From positions 181,097,727 to 181,161,726 of the forward strand of contig NC_068982.1 in the NCBI RefSeq assembly GCF_001194135.2: 64,000 bases of DNA, written 5' to 3'. Shown one piece after another: positions 27,022-40,790 of this stretch. Under the pieces are notes generated by a model. It saw only the letters and a list, made by a program, of their open reading frames with translations. It made no database searches and was not told where the DNA came from. The position numbers and the translations under genes are program-made. This DNA is from Octopus bimaculoides. Its lineage: Eukaryota. Numbering within the stretch: the first letter of the stretch is position 1; each line of letters begins with the position of its first letter.

Positions 27022-27640
27022 CGATAAGAGAAATGCATTCAGTGCTTATTTTTTTGCACAAATATATTATTGCACATTTTGACATTTAGAATGAATGTCA
27101 CAATGATGTTACTTATGTTGGTGAACGTGAACCGAAGCAAGAAATAATAAAACCACGAGGCATGTTTGGAATTAATGAGGAAATAGCAAATATAACGCTG
27201 TATGTCGTGGAAATGTAGAAAAATAAATTCGCAGATTAAGGACAATGTTTACTCTTGAATATGTCCACAAGAAACTTTAAAATAGCAACGATGATACTTT
27301 ATGTAAAGTAAATATACTACTGAATGGATATAGCCTGAAATCTTGTATGAATGTATTTGTATCTTCGCTTCACTTATTCCTTCATAGGTCAACCTTTAAT
27401 ATTCACTTCTCTGACATTTGTTATATTAATTTGAGAAAGTGGTTTGTCTTTTTGAGATAGTCGGTGTAATTTAACATGTGATATTTCACATTGTTGATAT
27501 AAATTACGTTTACTTAGCAGTAGACTTATAGACGCATCTCAGAAATGGAAAGTGTCTATATGAAAATATTGAAAATAGAGACACAGTGGAACGGTTGATC
27601 GAAATCTTTAAGCTAAGCAGTCTGTACGTACACAGAGAAA

Positions 27641-27872
27641 GGCGGCGAGCTGGCAGAAACGTTAGCACACCGGGCGAAATGCTTAGCGGTATTTCGTCTG
27701 CCGCTATGTTCTGAGTTCAAATTCTGCCGAGGTCGACTTTGCCTTTCATCCTTTCGGGGTCGATTAAATAAGTACCAGTTACGCACTGGGGTCGGTATAA
27801 TCGACTTAATCCGTTTGTCTGTCCTTGTTTGTCCCCTCTGTGTGTAGCCCCTTGTGGGTAGTAAAGAAATAA
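27641..27872 (+). mobile_element. Full-length tRNA-derived SINE with Nin/Deu-type domain
   Basis: Head ggcggcgagctggcagaaacgttagc...gagttcaaatt, central gcctttcatcctttcggggtcgattaaataagtacc, tail ccccttgtgggtagtaaagaaataa. Confidence 0.88.
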
Positions 27873-28432
27873 CACAGAGAGACACACAACCACTGTGTTC
27901 ATAATATTTGTTCATTGAAGGACCTTTTTTTATTTTTTGTCTATTCAGTCTTGTCTCATCATATATATTCTACAAGGAGTACATTGCCTATTGATAATAT
28001 TTAATTGTAATTTAATTTAAAATTTAGAATAACTTCTTTATTCTTATATTTGGTTCGAAACAATTCTTGAAAAATCTATATTATTAAATCCCCTTATTAA
28101 ATTTTTACCGAGACATTCTGATGTTAGTCATTTGCGATAAAATTCAGCAAGAGTGATGTGTGACTTGGGTATACAAAATATACAGTAGGCTACATTATGT
28201 TTATCAGAATGCTACGTATACATTACAGAAACTGTCTGAAAGAAATAGGATCGATCGAACATTGCGCAATTAGCACATACGATTTCTATAAACTGTAATA
28301 TGGTGGAACATCTGATTAGTTTCGTGAAGATTGATGTGATTATTATTATTGTAGTTTTTCTCACCTTACACTTATGAGAATAAGTTTACTTATGTTATAT
28401 GAGTTTCTACCTTCATTTGATGTTTTACTTAC

Positions 28433-28462
28433 TGGACATCTCTGTCCTTCCATTTCGATCGG
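28433..28462 (-). CDS. 30-nt exon of candidate gene (A-DRNGRTEMS)
   Basis: Acceptor tattacctgtatttag and donor CCA|gtaagt; symmetric; open in the phase-1 frame. Confidence 0.45.
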
Positions 28463-29399
28463 CTAAATACAGGTAATATATTTTGATAAATTGAATCTAC
28501 ATATCTTAATCACTTAGGAAGGAAAAAAAAACATATCACAAATATATATAAAATCGGAAAATTGTCATTAAATCTCAGTGATAATATAACTTTAGATTCA
28601 ATTTACATTTAATTTTGAGTTTTGCATTGGAGACGAGTTTAAATGCTAGTTAAGCATGATTTATTTATAAATGACTGATAATATATCATTTTTCCATGAT
28701 TTGGTAAATTGCCTGTTGAAGTATCTTCACTACTTTTACGATTTCTGATATTTATATTAACCATCACATTATTGCAATTGTCCGCCCTAATAGTAATCGA
28801 CTTGTTATTTTCCATTCATTCATCATGTTGACATATTATCGAAGATCTCCTAAATATCAATATAGTTACATTAAGTAGTATAAATTGTTCTGTATTGTTT
28901 ATAGGAAAACCATTTATTATATGAGAAGCCTCTCTGGAAGGCAATATGATACATCTTTTATGATAACATCTTACAATTTGTAGAAGTCGATTATCCTTGG
29001 GATTACAGATGAAAATTATTTTGAAAATATAAAAAAAAACAACACCTTAAGTTAAAGTTAGTAAGCAGAAAATAGAAAGTATGAGCCTATTATCGATTAG
29101 AATTTAAGTCTCGTGTCCTACAGTGGTGGTGCAGTATTTCTTTACCATGTTCTACTGTTTTTCAATTGGCAGGAAAATTAGCTGCGAGCACTGTTTCACC
29201 TCTCTAGTCATTAAGTTTCAGGTCTAAAATTAAACCTCTCTAATTTGCTGTTGTATTTACATTTAATGTCGCATATCTAGCCATCCATATTCCGAGGATA
29301 TAAAATAATTTAGTGTTCAATATTGGAAGCTGTTAATACAGTAACAAACAAGTCTTTCATTCCATTTTGTTTACAAAGGATACGAAAAATCCAAATCCA

Positions 29400-29560
29400 A
29401 ATGTCATTTCACATATGTGAAATCATCAGAAAGGAAGCGAACAACCGGTCACAACTTGTGCGGATGACCACATTAATTGAGTTTGTAACAGATCTCTGCT
29501 ACCTTGGCTGGATGTAGGTGAAGTAGCAAGCGTTATGCAATTAGCTGTGATTCTAAAACT
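29400..29560 (+). mobile_element. Short RTE-like LINE remnant
   Basis: LIEFVTDLCYLG resembles the RTE LE.V..F.YLG motif. Confidence 0.3.
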
Positions 29561-30573
29561 AACGTCATAATAGAGCCAAGTGAATTATTATTGAATTTAA
29601 AGCATAGAATGTAGTGGACAGAAGGGCAAGACATAGCGATAGGATAGAAAAAAATGCGGATAATTATTGGTTCGTATTCGTATTTTATTCATATATACAC
29701 ACTTACATACATACGTACGCATGCACATGTACGTGTGTGTGCGTATGTGTGTGTATGTGTGTGCGCGCGCGTGTGTATAGGGAGAGAAAACAGAGACGAA
29801 ACAATGAAAATTAAAATATATTTTAAACGTATATATACATTATTTGCAAAGCATTTAAGGTTTTACGGAAATCATTTTCAACTGTGACAACATTCTTCGC
29901 TTTCAAGTCATAAAAAAAATACATTATAAAACACTCAGTTAAGTGTATTATTTCCTTTTGGTGCAAGTTCTTTTGATGTCGTCCTTGTTTCAGAATTTCT
30001 CACGAATAGGAAATATATGTGTTAAATGAAATAGTAATAGACAACAAAACAAAGAAACAAAACCTTATCATTTTTTTGTTTATCTAACAGTTTTTATTTT
30101 ATTCCCGGTTTCTTGTTTCATTTTGTCCATATCGATGCGAACAGAAGAAACAAACTGGTTTATATTGTGACAAGGGAAACATAGCTGAACTTTTCACATA
30201 ATACAAAAAGTGATAGAAGAAATTTGGGTCAAAATTCTATATAACTGACAATGACAGATATATGGTGAAACATGTGATGCGTCTATTCATAAGCGAATGC
30301 AGTAACTATTAAGGGTAATAATAAATTTCTCTTGTGAAGGCATTAAGAATACACCAATGGTCGTAAGAAAAATGCAAAAATAGGATGAATCAAACAACTA
30401 AAATTAAAATTAATGACTGATGAAATCTATATGGTTTGTTTACATAATTTCCGATAAAAAGGCGGTAATTCAGAGATAAAAAGAGATGGCATCATTTATC
30501 TTGACATGAAAGGAAAAATGTCCCCTACTTTCCATACCATAATAACATGATAAACAATAGCTCACGCGCACAC

Positions 30574-30581
30574 TCACACAC

Positions 30582-30619
<38 letters not shown>

Positions 30620-30629
30620 NNNNNNNNNN

Positions 30630-30670
<41 letters not shown>
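30574..30670. repeat. (CA)n microsatellite with 10-N gap
   Basis: Directly visible. Confidence 0.95.
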
Positions 30671-30999
30671 TTATATGTATCAACCTGGATAATTGCTCGA
30701 CATATTAATTGTCATTATAGGATAAAATGCAACGCATAAAAATATTTGTGAAAAAAGAATATTAACATCTGCATTTTCGTATGTGATTAATGTTCAGCTA
30801 TTATATCCCCATGATACTATTTAATATATAAGGATCACCAGTAGTTGTTCTGTTTTTGATAGTAGGGTGCATCTGAATCTAAAAATAATGAAATACAAAA
30901 AAAAATGTTTGTTCTTTTACTCTGCGTCGGCCATGAATGAGGAGACCCAAAGTTAATGCTTTTCAGTTATGGCTACTTCTTGTTTTAGTGCATTTCCAG

Positions 31000-32800
31000 T
31001 TCTGTTGTTATAGAGGGATCTTTTGACAGAGAGGCATTATGTCGTACTATGAGTGCCACCCAGAAATCCATCTTTCTACTTATATCATAACAGCGCCTAA
31101 TTAATGACGTTAGTACTCTGAATGTGTCAATGTTGCCTAGTGAAAAGTTTCAGTTGCAATATTTCTACTTACATATATCTCTAATCTTGCAAATGCAGCA
31201 ATCTCCGATAAAGAAATATATGTCTTGGGACCATACTAAAAAAAAGTCGCTTTTCAATTGGCAAATTTACTTCTAAACAGCTTTCTCTCCGGTTGTTTCC
31301 ATATTAGGCTTGGCTGCTGTAAAATTTATTAGAATATGGAAGATGCTGTTCTTCCACAAATTGTGTTGGTCGTAAGCGTTCTAGTTTAGCGTTTGGTGGA
31401 TATATGTTCCTTATGCTTGTATTGGTTGAATGGGAAAATACTATTTTCAGGATATTTTTATGGAATTGATATGGTATTTGCGTTTTATCGTGTGTGTTAG
31501 AACGTCGTTTCTTGTAGAGACGGTGATTTTGCAGTTGAAAATTCCTTCAACATCATTATGGATCACGCGCATGGTTATTTGGTCCGTCATTTTAAGAGTT
31601 TTAATTTCTTACTGCTTGTAGCTTCAGTTCGTCGTCCCTTTATAACAGGTCATAATGCGTAGATCACCGAATAATTAGTAAATTATGTCTTATTGAAGTA
31701 AAATAGGAGGCAATAGAAATGCCATTATCCATCATGAATCTAATAAAAAAAAAATCGTATACCTTAGGTAATATTCTTGTCCATCATTAGATAGACAAGA
31801 ATGTGATTGCGCTATTTACTTTGCATAATTTATTTTGCGTGTTGTAAATGTTGTGCATATTTGCTTTCTGTCTGATATCTTTATGTTGTTGTGTGGTACT
31901 TGATTTATATTTGATTTTCCTTAGTGTTGCTGCCTAGAAAGGAGTCAATGTTTACGTACTAATTTTAAATAAGTGTTGCAGAAATGCATTGTAAAAAGAA
32001 ACATGTTCGCTTGGAATAATTGTGCAACAGCGAGTGGAGACTTTCAGAGATGCAGATGCGGTTAGTGTCATGTTATCTGGATGAAACTGTATGTGTATTT
32101 TAGCAATTTATAGGATGACAGTGCAGGTATAAGTTTCAAACAGTAGCTGAGGAGACAATTAGGGAAATTGCTGATTCCAGAAGTGATATCCGTTGGTACT
32201 ATATGATTATGGCGAATTGGTAGGTAGTTTATGTGCTGTTTCTTATGTGACGATTAAAGATTTCTCGTAGCAGGATAGCAATGAATGGAATTGTAGAAAT
32301 TTGATTGTTATTAGTAATTAGAGGGAAAAAAGGAGCAGGAGTTGTATGTTGATGTAATAATAGTTTTTTAACGTTAATGCCGTAATTTTAGTATTAGTGG
32401 TTCACTTTAGTGATCTGCATAAATAATATAATTGCAAGAGAGACGTGTGCGGATTGACTATATTTTGAGTCGACTAAGTAAAAGTGTTGAAGGTGTGCCT
32501 AATAAGGTAAGTAGCCTTTATGATGTTAGTGCTGTTCAATTTTTGATGGATCTTAGAATCGTCGTAAATCTGCCCAGATTTTACATTCTATTAATATTAC
32601 AGCATTGATATATATAGTTAAGATGTTTGTTTATGAAATGTTCCTTTCCGTTCCTTGGTAAAGTTAGTGCATGCTTGTACTTTTGTCTTCTTGTAGATAT
32701 TTAGTTGTTGTTGTCTGAGAGGATCCTGGTGGAAGGACGTGTTCAGAATCTTGGTCAAGGTGAAACGTACACACTTTCTTTCTGTTTAACTCTTTCAGCT
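31000..32800 (-). mobile_element. Probable highly decayed LINE
   Basis: Strong strand asymmetry (A/C-rich minus strand) and weak RT-like fragments (W.IMAFL, post-RT region); many stops. Confidence 0.3.
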
Positions 32801-32989
32801 TCAGTTGCGTGATTTTTGTTGACTGATTTCCGATAAATAGCTAACAAGGTCATTTGCATGCTCTCGCAGTGTAAATATATCATACCAGTTTGTTAATGAG
32901 TTAGACTACGATATGAACTTTGTATATGATGATGGGGATGAAGATGATAACGACGACGACTACGAGGATAAAATGGTGTCAATGATGAT

Positions 32990-32991
32990 GT

Positions 32992-33040
<49 letters not shown>

Positions 33041-33210
33041 GGTGGTCGTGGTCGTGGTTGTGATGAGGATGATGATGAGGAGGNNNNNNNNNNNNNNNNN
33101 NNNNNNNNNNNNNNNNNNNNNNNNNNNNNNNNNNNNNNNNNNNNNNNNNNNNNNNNNNNNGAGGAGGTGGAGGAGGTGGAGGAGGAGGAGGTGGAAGTGG
33201 AGGAGGAGAT
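32990..33210. repeat. (GAT)n/(GGT)n/(GGA)n compound microsatellite with gap
   Basis: Directly visible. Confidence 0.9.
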
Positions 33211-35405
33211 ATAAATAGTGTTTTACTTCTGAAGTTTTCGTTTTACATCCTGCTAGATGTTTGTTAGTCTTCTGTGTCTATTGTTTTTGTTTGTTATTCA
33301 CTTCTTTGTTTCATGGTGGGATTTATGTCCGCTATGAGTGATTTTTCGAATATTGTCTTCCAGTTTGCCACTGGCTTTTATGGAAGTGATTATTTATATT
33401 GCTTGCTGTTACTTGAATGGGTAACATTTATTCTAATTGCAAAAACTTCACCATTAGTAAGTTCAAAACTTAAGACGGCTTTTATAACTGTATACAATAT
33501 TCTTAAAACGGCGTGTAAAAACGAATTCTCGAACCAATTTATTGTCATGCGCATTGCTGTGACTATAAGTGTTTGTCGTAAAATAGCAAATATAACTTTC
33601 CCACATTCAGATAGGGGTCACATAAATGCATAAATCTTCACAATGTTATAGAAACAAATGTGCAGTAGTAATAAATTTATTCAAAACCATTTCAAGATTA
33701 GGGTAACCCTGAATTGGTTAAAACAAAACTTTTGCGAATCTTGTGGCACAAATGCAGCCATCATGCAGAAGGAAACCTTATATAAAGAAACCTTCACTTA
33801 AATATCCTATCACAAACCGAGCTAGGTTTGGTGTAATGATATACAGAGTGTGAAGTTCATGAATTCTTGCGATTCAACCGACTTTGTTGTAATACAATTG
33901 TATTTCTTATTACTTAGACGGACCCAGGCCAAAAAGAAAACTAGTATGGATCATGAAAGTGAGGGAAACCAGGTTACTAATTGCTAAAGACAAATAATAT
34001 AATTGCAGTAAATTTTCTATTTTCTCTTCAATCTGTGAAGCAAATTCTTTGTGTTCTGGAATATATCCATGAGTTTGAAATCCGAAAATGGTTTAGATAT
34101 GAAAAACAGGATTTGAATTTGTGTTGATTTAATTGGAAATTGAATGGCACATATTTGAAATATATTTGGACACTAATACTCCGACATTCAGGTTTCAATA
34201 TTCACATAGACATGATTAGTGATCATCCTCATCGAACTTACTGATTGTCAATTAACATACCATGGGTCAAACCTATAAGGTTGAAACATTACAATTTGAC
34301 ATTGGAACTAAAAATGATAGTGCTCAAGAGCACTTATACGGAGGTTCAATATATATAGACATTCATGTTATCATGTTTCTAAAGACAGTAACAAAATTCT
34401 ATTATGCAAAACCTTTGACATTCGTATGGGTAGGGAAAAATATCATTCCGAATTATTATCTCCAGAGTATAATGTCGTAGAGAATGAACGCGATAATCTT
34501 GCAATAATGAGAATTATAAATCCTAGTCCTGATGAAGACGTCGACAAACCATTACCAAGAGTTTCGACGCATAATCACTAAAGAAAAATCCGTATCATTT
34601 ACATACAAGGATCTACACAACGTGAAGTTACTGTTTGTTCCCTTAAATAACTTTAAATGTGCATACTGGAAGATCTGCTTGGAAAATGATTATTGTATGA
34701 TACTCAATGCAGTGACTATGATATTCAATGATTTTTACTGAGTGAACAGATTTCAGATGAGTTCTCAAAAATAGCCTCTAGTTTTCCACACTGCATTGTG
34801 TCTATATTATAAACAAGTACTTTATTAATTGTCTCTCAGAAAGAGAAACTGTTATTTTCAGTGATCAAGGCCAAGTCATTGAAAAGTTGTTCATTAATCA
34901 TATTCATGCTAAATATTTTCCTGATATAGATAACTGACAGGATGTGATGAAATCATTACAGACATCCAACTGAATATCGACGCAAAATAGAAACAAGAAA
35001 CTGAAAATCATTTGAAGCTGATGCAGCGCTAGTAACCACAATTTGCAAATACGCATCAGCGCTTCCTGGCAATAAAAAATGAATCTTTTTACTCTGAATA
35101 TGCCTCAATAAAAACCTGCAAGTAGTGAAATCACGTACTTAACTTATACACTGTCCTGGAAATATTTTCTATCAAATGTAAAACAATTGTCATTGCTAAT
35201 GATCGAAGGTACATATGTTAATGGGGAGCAAAGATTAACATGAAGCATATGCCGTGAAACGATATGTTGAAAGAAGGAAACGTTATGATAGAAATGGTTC
35301 ACTGCCAAAGCTTAAAAATGTGGAATGTTTTCAGGTGAATTTCGTACTGAACAATAAAATTTATCCCTATAATATCACAAAATGATTTCAAAATCTTGCA
35401 CCTAC

Positions 35406-35423
35406 CCATCTCTATCGCTTCTG
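35406..35423 (-). CDS. 18-nt microexon of candidate gene (S-EAIEM)
   Basis: Acceptor tttatttctactag and donor GG|gtaggt; phase 1-1; completes a signal-peptidase-like SEA site. Confidence 0.45.
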
Positions 35424-36196
35424 CTAGTAGAAATAAATTCATATCAGTTTGATACAGTCTTTTCCAAATTCGTTTAATTCTGAAAGCCATTGTGATGAAT
35501 TACTGCTTGCTGATAATGTGGATGATGCAAAGATCAAAAGTATTTTTACTACATGTACTATATATATTGTTGTAAAGAAATGTTTTACAGGAAAAGGCTG
35601 GTTTAAGTAATATTTTGTAAGACCATACGATTTTGGGGATACAGAGTAACTTTGTAGAATTACGTCACAAAATTTTTATGGTCGATCGAGGATTTGATCA
35701 TCAAAATTATTGTATACAAACCAGCAGTATTTCATGCCACGTTCCAGGATATGTTGTACTGAGATGCACATATGATAACCTTGTTGAATATATGTCGTGC
35801 AGTGTCTATGATGGTGATTTAGTGTTGTTGAATTCTAAAAGACTTCATGCTGGTTCTTAGAGTAATTCATATTCTTTTGATGTTTAGAAGGCTTTAAAAG
35901 TATTTTTTAAAAGCTTCGTTGCTTCTCTTATATACCAGTGTGCTTTAATAATAGGTTCATGACCCGAAGGCTGTTGGAGGAATTGCTTGCTACGTGGTCG
36001 TGTTAGTTACTTTGGGTGTTAGAAAGTGTTTAGAACATAAAAACAGCACATTATTTTATCACGTTGTTAAATGCATTTCTGTATTATTTCGAGATAACGA
36101 GGTGCGAATATATTAAAGTATTCTCTATGAAAAACAAAATGTTTCTAGTTCAAATGCGTAAATTGGTATGTCTCTCAACGATGCCTGTGACAGTGT

Positions 36197-36201
36197 ATAC
36201 T

Positions 36202-36235
<34 letters not shown>

Positions 36236-36248
36236 CAGACACACACAG

Positions 36249-36305
<57 letters not shown>

Positions 36306-36340
36306 CATATATGTATGTATGTGTGTGTGTGTGTGTGAGT
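36197..36340. repeat. (CA)n-(TA)n-(TG)n microsatellite
   Basis: Directly visible. Confidence 0.9.
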
Positions 36341-36769
36341 GCATACATAAGGGAAACTTAGAGTAGTTAAAATGGCATAATCCAAATTGTAAAGGCAAAA
36401 TTTTAAAGCCGTAGCGTTAACTAAAATACTGTCAGTAACATCAATCGTGCCACGCTACTAGACCGTCAGGTCGGAAGAAATTTAGCAGTATCAGCGCCAC
36501 CAGTGTTTAGGCATAAGCGAACTTTAGGTTAGTTAAACTAAATTTGTGACATATTTCAACTTCCCTTACAGTAGACAAAAAAATTTCTTTCATGGTAAAT
36601 GTTTCAATAAACACCGTATCGTCCCAGTGCTGTCCCCTCTCAAATTATGGTTTCTAGCTCTTTAGCTCTTATTATTAATAGGAAATACCGAAGACAGATA
36701 ACTCTGGGCAGAAGTTTAAACCCTACATAGTCAACAACATTGACTGATTTGCGGTATTAGAGTGGTCTA

Positions 36770-36777
36770 ATATATAC

Positions 36778-36846
<69 letters not shown>

Positions 36847-36890
36847 GAGAGATACATACATACATACATACATACATACAGATAATATAC
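36770..36890. repeat. (TA)n/(CATA)n microsatellite
   Basis: Directly visible. Confidence 0.9.
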
Positions 36891-37030
36891 CCAGATGATC
36901 ATATACAAGTAGGTGCTGTTCAAGCACTCTAGTATAATCCATGTTCTGGCTAACCGCAATGCTATGGAATACCTGAGTCTATTTAAAGTAGGCACTCCCA
37001 ATGTATTTCACTTGATAGTTAAGAACTTAC

Positions 37031-37110
37031 ATAATTGGAAATAGGAAATGCAACTTATTCCTCCAAGAAATATTCCAATTTTCAAGTCTAAATAGTAAAC
37101 AGGAATTAAC
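37031..37110 (-). CDS. Signal-peptide-like exon of candidate gene (LIPVYYLDLKIGIFLGGISCISYFQL)
   Basis: Very strong acceptor ttttttttttcacattttcag (alternative acceptor gives an exon starting at 37087) and donor T|gtaagt; hydrophobic reading frame ending in phase 1. Confidence 0.55.
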
Positions 37111-37280
37111 CTGAAAATGTGAAAAAAAAAAAAAAATCAAGCCATTCAAATATTTGCCCAGAAAAGCTAAATAATTAATTAATTAATATCATGTAGGTTG
37201 GCGATACTAAGAGTTCACATGGGCAATATTAGTATAATAACCGGTTTTCTTTATATTGTATTAGCAACACATAATCTCAC

Positions 37281-37315
37281 TCTAATTGTTCTTTGATTAT
37301 TTTATTTACCTTCAT
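37281..37315 (-). CDS. Candidate first coding exon (MKVNKIIKEQL-E)
   Basis: aaagATG context; the donor GA|gtgaga gives an in-frame phase-2 junction to the exon starting at 37110. The stronger donor ATGAAG|gtaaat at 37310 is out of frame with the downstream chain. Confidence 0.35.
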
Positions 37316-37588
37316 CTTTGGGCTACTTAATTTCTATCATTTTCTATTGATTTCCTAAGCAATTCATATATCGACTCGATCTGGAGTTCTCCAAAAATGT
37401 ATTATCGATTCTGTGTAATACTTCACACATGGAATACTACACAAACAGGTACTGTTTGGTTTGTAGTGACCCTTTTGTTCTTTTCGAAAACATGAATGGA
37501 ACCATGACACTCATCCACCACACTCCGCAACATGACGACTAAAGACAGAATGAGAGAAAAAGAAAAAGGCAAGGATAAAAGCAGTATA

Positions 37589-38080
37589 ATACGAGAGGTT
37601 GCTGAAATGTTCCTGGCTTTGGGTAAAAGAAAATACAGGAGGATCAAATAATTATGATTTTATTCAACATATTCCTCTCTCAGGATCACACACATATTGC
37701 AGCGGTCCTTCAGCGTTTCTAAGCCCTTTAAAAAGAATACGGAATGCTGGGCCTCCAGCTAGATCCCTGCAACAGGAATCACGTCCCGAATCAGAGCGAA
37801 ATGTTCAGATGTTTCTTCAGTTGTGGAAGAGTTCATAGTTGGAGGGGACCAGGTCAGGAGGGTAAGGTTGGTGGTCTACCAATTCGAAGCGAAAATCGCG
37901 CATTTTCCGTAAAGTGTCAAATGGTGTGTGTGCTCATGCGACCCTTTGGCAATTATTTTAACAGAAATCTGTCTTTGTCCCAAATGACTGATGCCAAAAT
38001 CTTTCCAGCAGATTTCTGGGTCAGAAACGTCTAGGGGCGCAGTGAATCACTGTGGCGCTACTCAACTGTTTCATCCATAG
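37589..38080 (-). mobile_element. Mariner transposase C-terminal relic with terminal-repeat-like end
   Basis: PPDLVPSNYELF (YSPDLAP-like) and FLKGLETLKDRCNMCVILREEYVE*, followed by a TIR-like end (plus-strand tacgagaggttgctgaaatgttcctggc at about 37590). Confidence 0.85.
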
Positions 38081-38344
38081 TGACTAAACCAGTTCAAAAG
38101 TCAGCCTATCCTACTGCAAACTAGTCGGAGGTTTAGTTAAAATACTGTTTGTGCTTGTGTCCTTTATTTAGGTTTTTCCTCCATTAATTTGAATATTTCT
38201 CTATTTCCCTTTTATGAAGATAAATGAAAAAGAAAATAAAATGAAATGAAATGAAAAAGGAGAAATTGAAATCAACACCATAAACGAAAAAGTAAAATGC
38301 TAACTAAAGGACATAGGTACAAACAGTATAGTAAGTAAACCGAT

Positions 38345-38384
<40 letters not shown>

Positions 38385-39420
38385 ACACACACACTCACAC
38401 ACTCACACACACTCACACACTCACACACTAACACGCAAACCACGCATAGAAAACAAATAGACCCGTGCAAGCACATGCATACGCGCACACCACACACATG
38501 CGCACACGCACGAACGCACGCACACACACGCACNNNNNNNNNNNNNNNNNNNNNNNNNNNNNNNNNNNNNNNNNNNNNNNNNNNNNNNNNNNNNNNNNNN
38601 NNNNNNNNNNNNNNNNNNNNNNNNNNNNNNNNNNNNNNNNNNNNNNNNNNNNNNNNNNNNNNNNNNNNNNNNNNNNNNNNNNNNNNNNNNNNNNNNNNNN
38701 NNNNNNNNNNNNNNNNNNNNNNNNNNNNNNNNNNNNNNNNNNNNNNNNNNNNNNNNNNNNNNNNNNNNNNNNNNNNNNNNNNNNNNNNNNNNNNNNNNNN
38801 NNNNNNNNNNNNNNNNNNNNNNNNNNNNNNNNNNNNNNNNNNNNNNNNNNNNNNNNNNNNNNNNNNNNNNNNNNNNNNNNNNNNNNNNNNNNNNNNNNNN
38901 NNNNNNNNNNNNNNNNNNNNNNNNNNNNNNNNNNNNNNNNNNNNNNNNNNNNNNNNNNNNNNNNNNNNNNNNNNNNNNNNNNNNNNNNNNNNNNNNNNNN
39001 NNNNNNNNNNNNNNNNNNNNNNNNNNNNNNNNNNNNNNNNNNNNNNNNNNNNNNNNNNNNNNNNNNNNNNNNNNNNNNNNNNNNNNNNNNNNNNNNNNNN
39101 NNNNNNNNNNNNNNNNNNNNNNNNNNNNNNNNNNNNNNNNNNNNNNNNNNNNNNNNNNNNNNNNNNNNNNNNNNNNNNNNNNNNNNNNNNNNNNNNNNNN
39201 NNNNNNNNNNNNNNNNNNNNNNNNNNNNNNNNNNNNNNNNNNNNNNNNNNNNNNNNNNNNNNNNNNNNNNNNNNNNNNNNNNNNNNNNNNNNNNNNNNNN
39301 NNNNNNNNNNNNNNNNNNNNNNNNNNNNNNNNNNNNNNNNNNNNNNNNNNNNNNNNNNNNNNNNNNNNNNNNNNNNNNNNNNNNNNNNNNNNNNNNNNNN
39401 ATATATATATATATATACAC
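38345..39420. repeat. (CA)n-type microsatellite flanking N gap 38534-39400
   Basis: Directly visible. Confidence 0.85.
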
Positions 39421-40089
39421 GCTCACATGCTTACTGGATACCTAATACATGAATGTCAAGAGCCATGTTAAACTATTCTATATCATCTATGTAAATGTAC
39501 TTAAAAATTCTTATTTTTTTCTAGGGCAGAATCTTTCGATTAGGTGCGTGCTTACAAAAAAGTATTTTCTATGAATGAAATATGTATTTCTAAATAGATT
39601 TTGAGCACCCTATGATACTGGGAACGGCAATAACAATAACACTTGATTGTTATCGTTTCTATTGTGTTCTCTTACTCTCATTGCGAAAACATGACTTTTT
39701 CGACTTTACTTGCAAATGATATTGTTTGGTCACGTTAGGGCAAGTAGATGGAACATTTTTTGAAAACATTTACATGTATAATTTTATTGGAGCCTATGTT
39801 TGTAGATTCATACAAATGTTTATGCTAGACAATATTTGTTCATGTAAGGAATATTTACATTATGCAGTAATCATTGCTACACATGTTTTTTTAAATCTAA
39901 CCATCCCATCTTTTTCTGTTATTTACTGTTATCTGCCTATTGTAAAAGGTATATCCTAGTTTACATGATTCGGTAGAAAACTCTTGTATCACAGTAGGGT
40001 GTGAATATAAGTGAGATTTCTCAACCATTCCTGATACTTCGATCAATCAAATATATCCCCAGTCATTGATGTAAACACACACACACACG

Positions 40090-40140
<51 letters not shown>

Positions 40141-40626
40141 TTCGGGTTCGTGGAGTTTAATCAGCATTTAATCCATAACATTATATTCCAGAAATTTGTT
40201 GACAAAAATGAAAATATTAAATTTCAAAGAACTATGTTCAATGCTTCGATTTAGCGATTTTTCTCTGTATCTTACAGCCAACAAAACTTTCATATCTTCA
40301 CTTTAAAATGGTAAACAGTAAAGTATGGTGTTGGCTAGGATCAAAATATTCCTATATAATTCTAATGCCATATTAATCACGGTATTTATTGATGGCCTGG
40401 TTATTTCTAATGTCAAAATTAGGGAAAAAATAATAAATGTTTTTCAAAGAGGGAACTCGAAGGCGATACACCTATAAATAATAGATCGAAATTAGCAGGG
40501 TATAACATCTTGGCTGGAAAATTTGAAGTTTGCTTGTAGGATAAGAAACAACATCCTCTGTAAATATGTGTCAGATATCCCCCAGTGCAAACACATACAG
40601 ATCTAATACATACTTTTAATACATAC

Positions 40627-40790
40627 TGCGGCACAAAGCAAGCCCAAAGTTTTACGCAGTGATATTGAATTCAAGAGCTTGCATTTGAGAAGCGAACGTA
40701 TTAAACACATAAATATAATACTGCCGAGGCGACATCCTTGCATTTGACAAATGGGCACGCTGCTGCTGCTGCTGATGATGATACTATTGC
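40627..40790 (+). repeat. Dispersed ~135-bp repeat copy 1 with (GCT/GAT)n tail
   Basis: Aligns by eye (roughly 80% identity) to 41841-41975. Confidence 0.85.

Noticed and set aside
34531-34570. CTGATGA followed by a hairpin, and other CTGANGA hits at 3189, 54684 and 60522
   Set aside because: No correctly placed GAAA, stem III, cleavage triplet and stem I.
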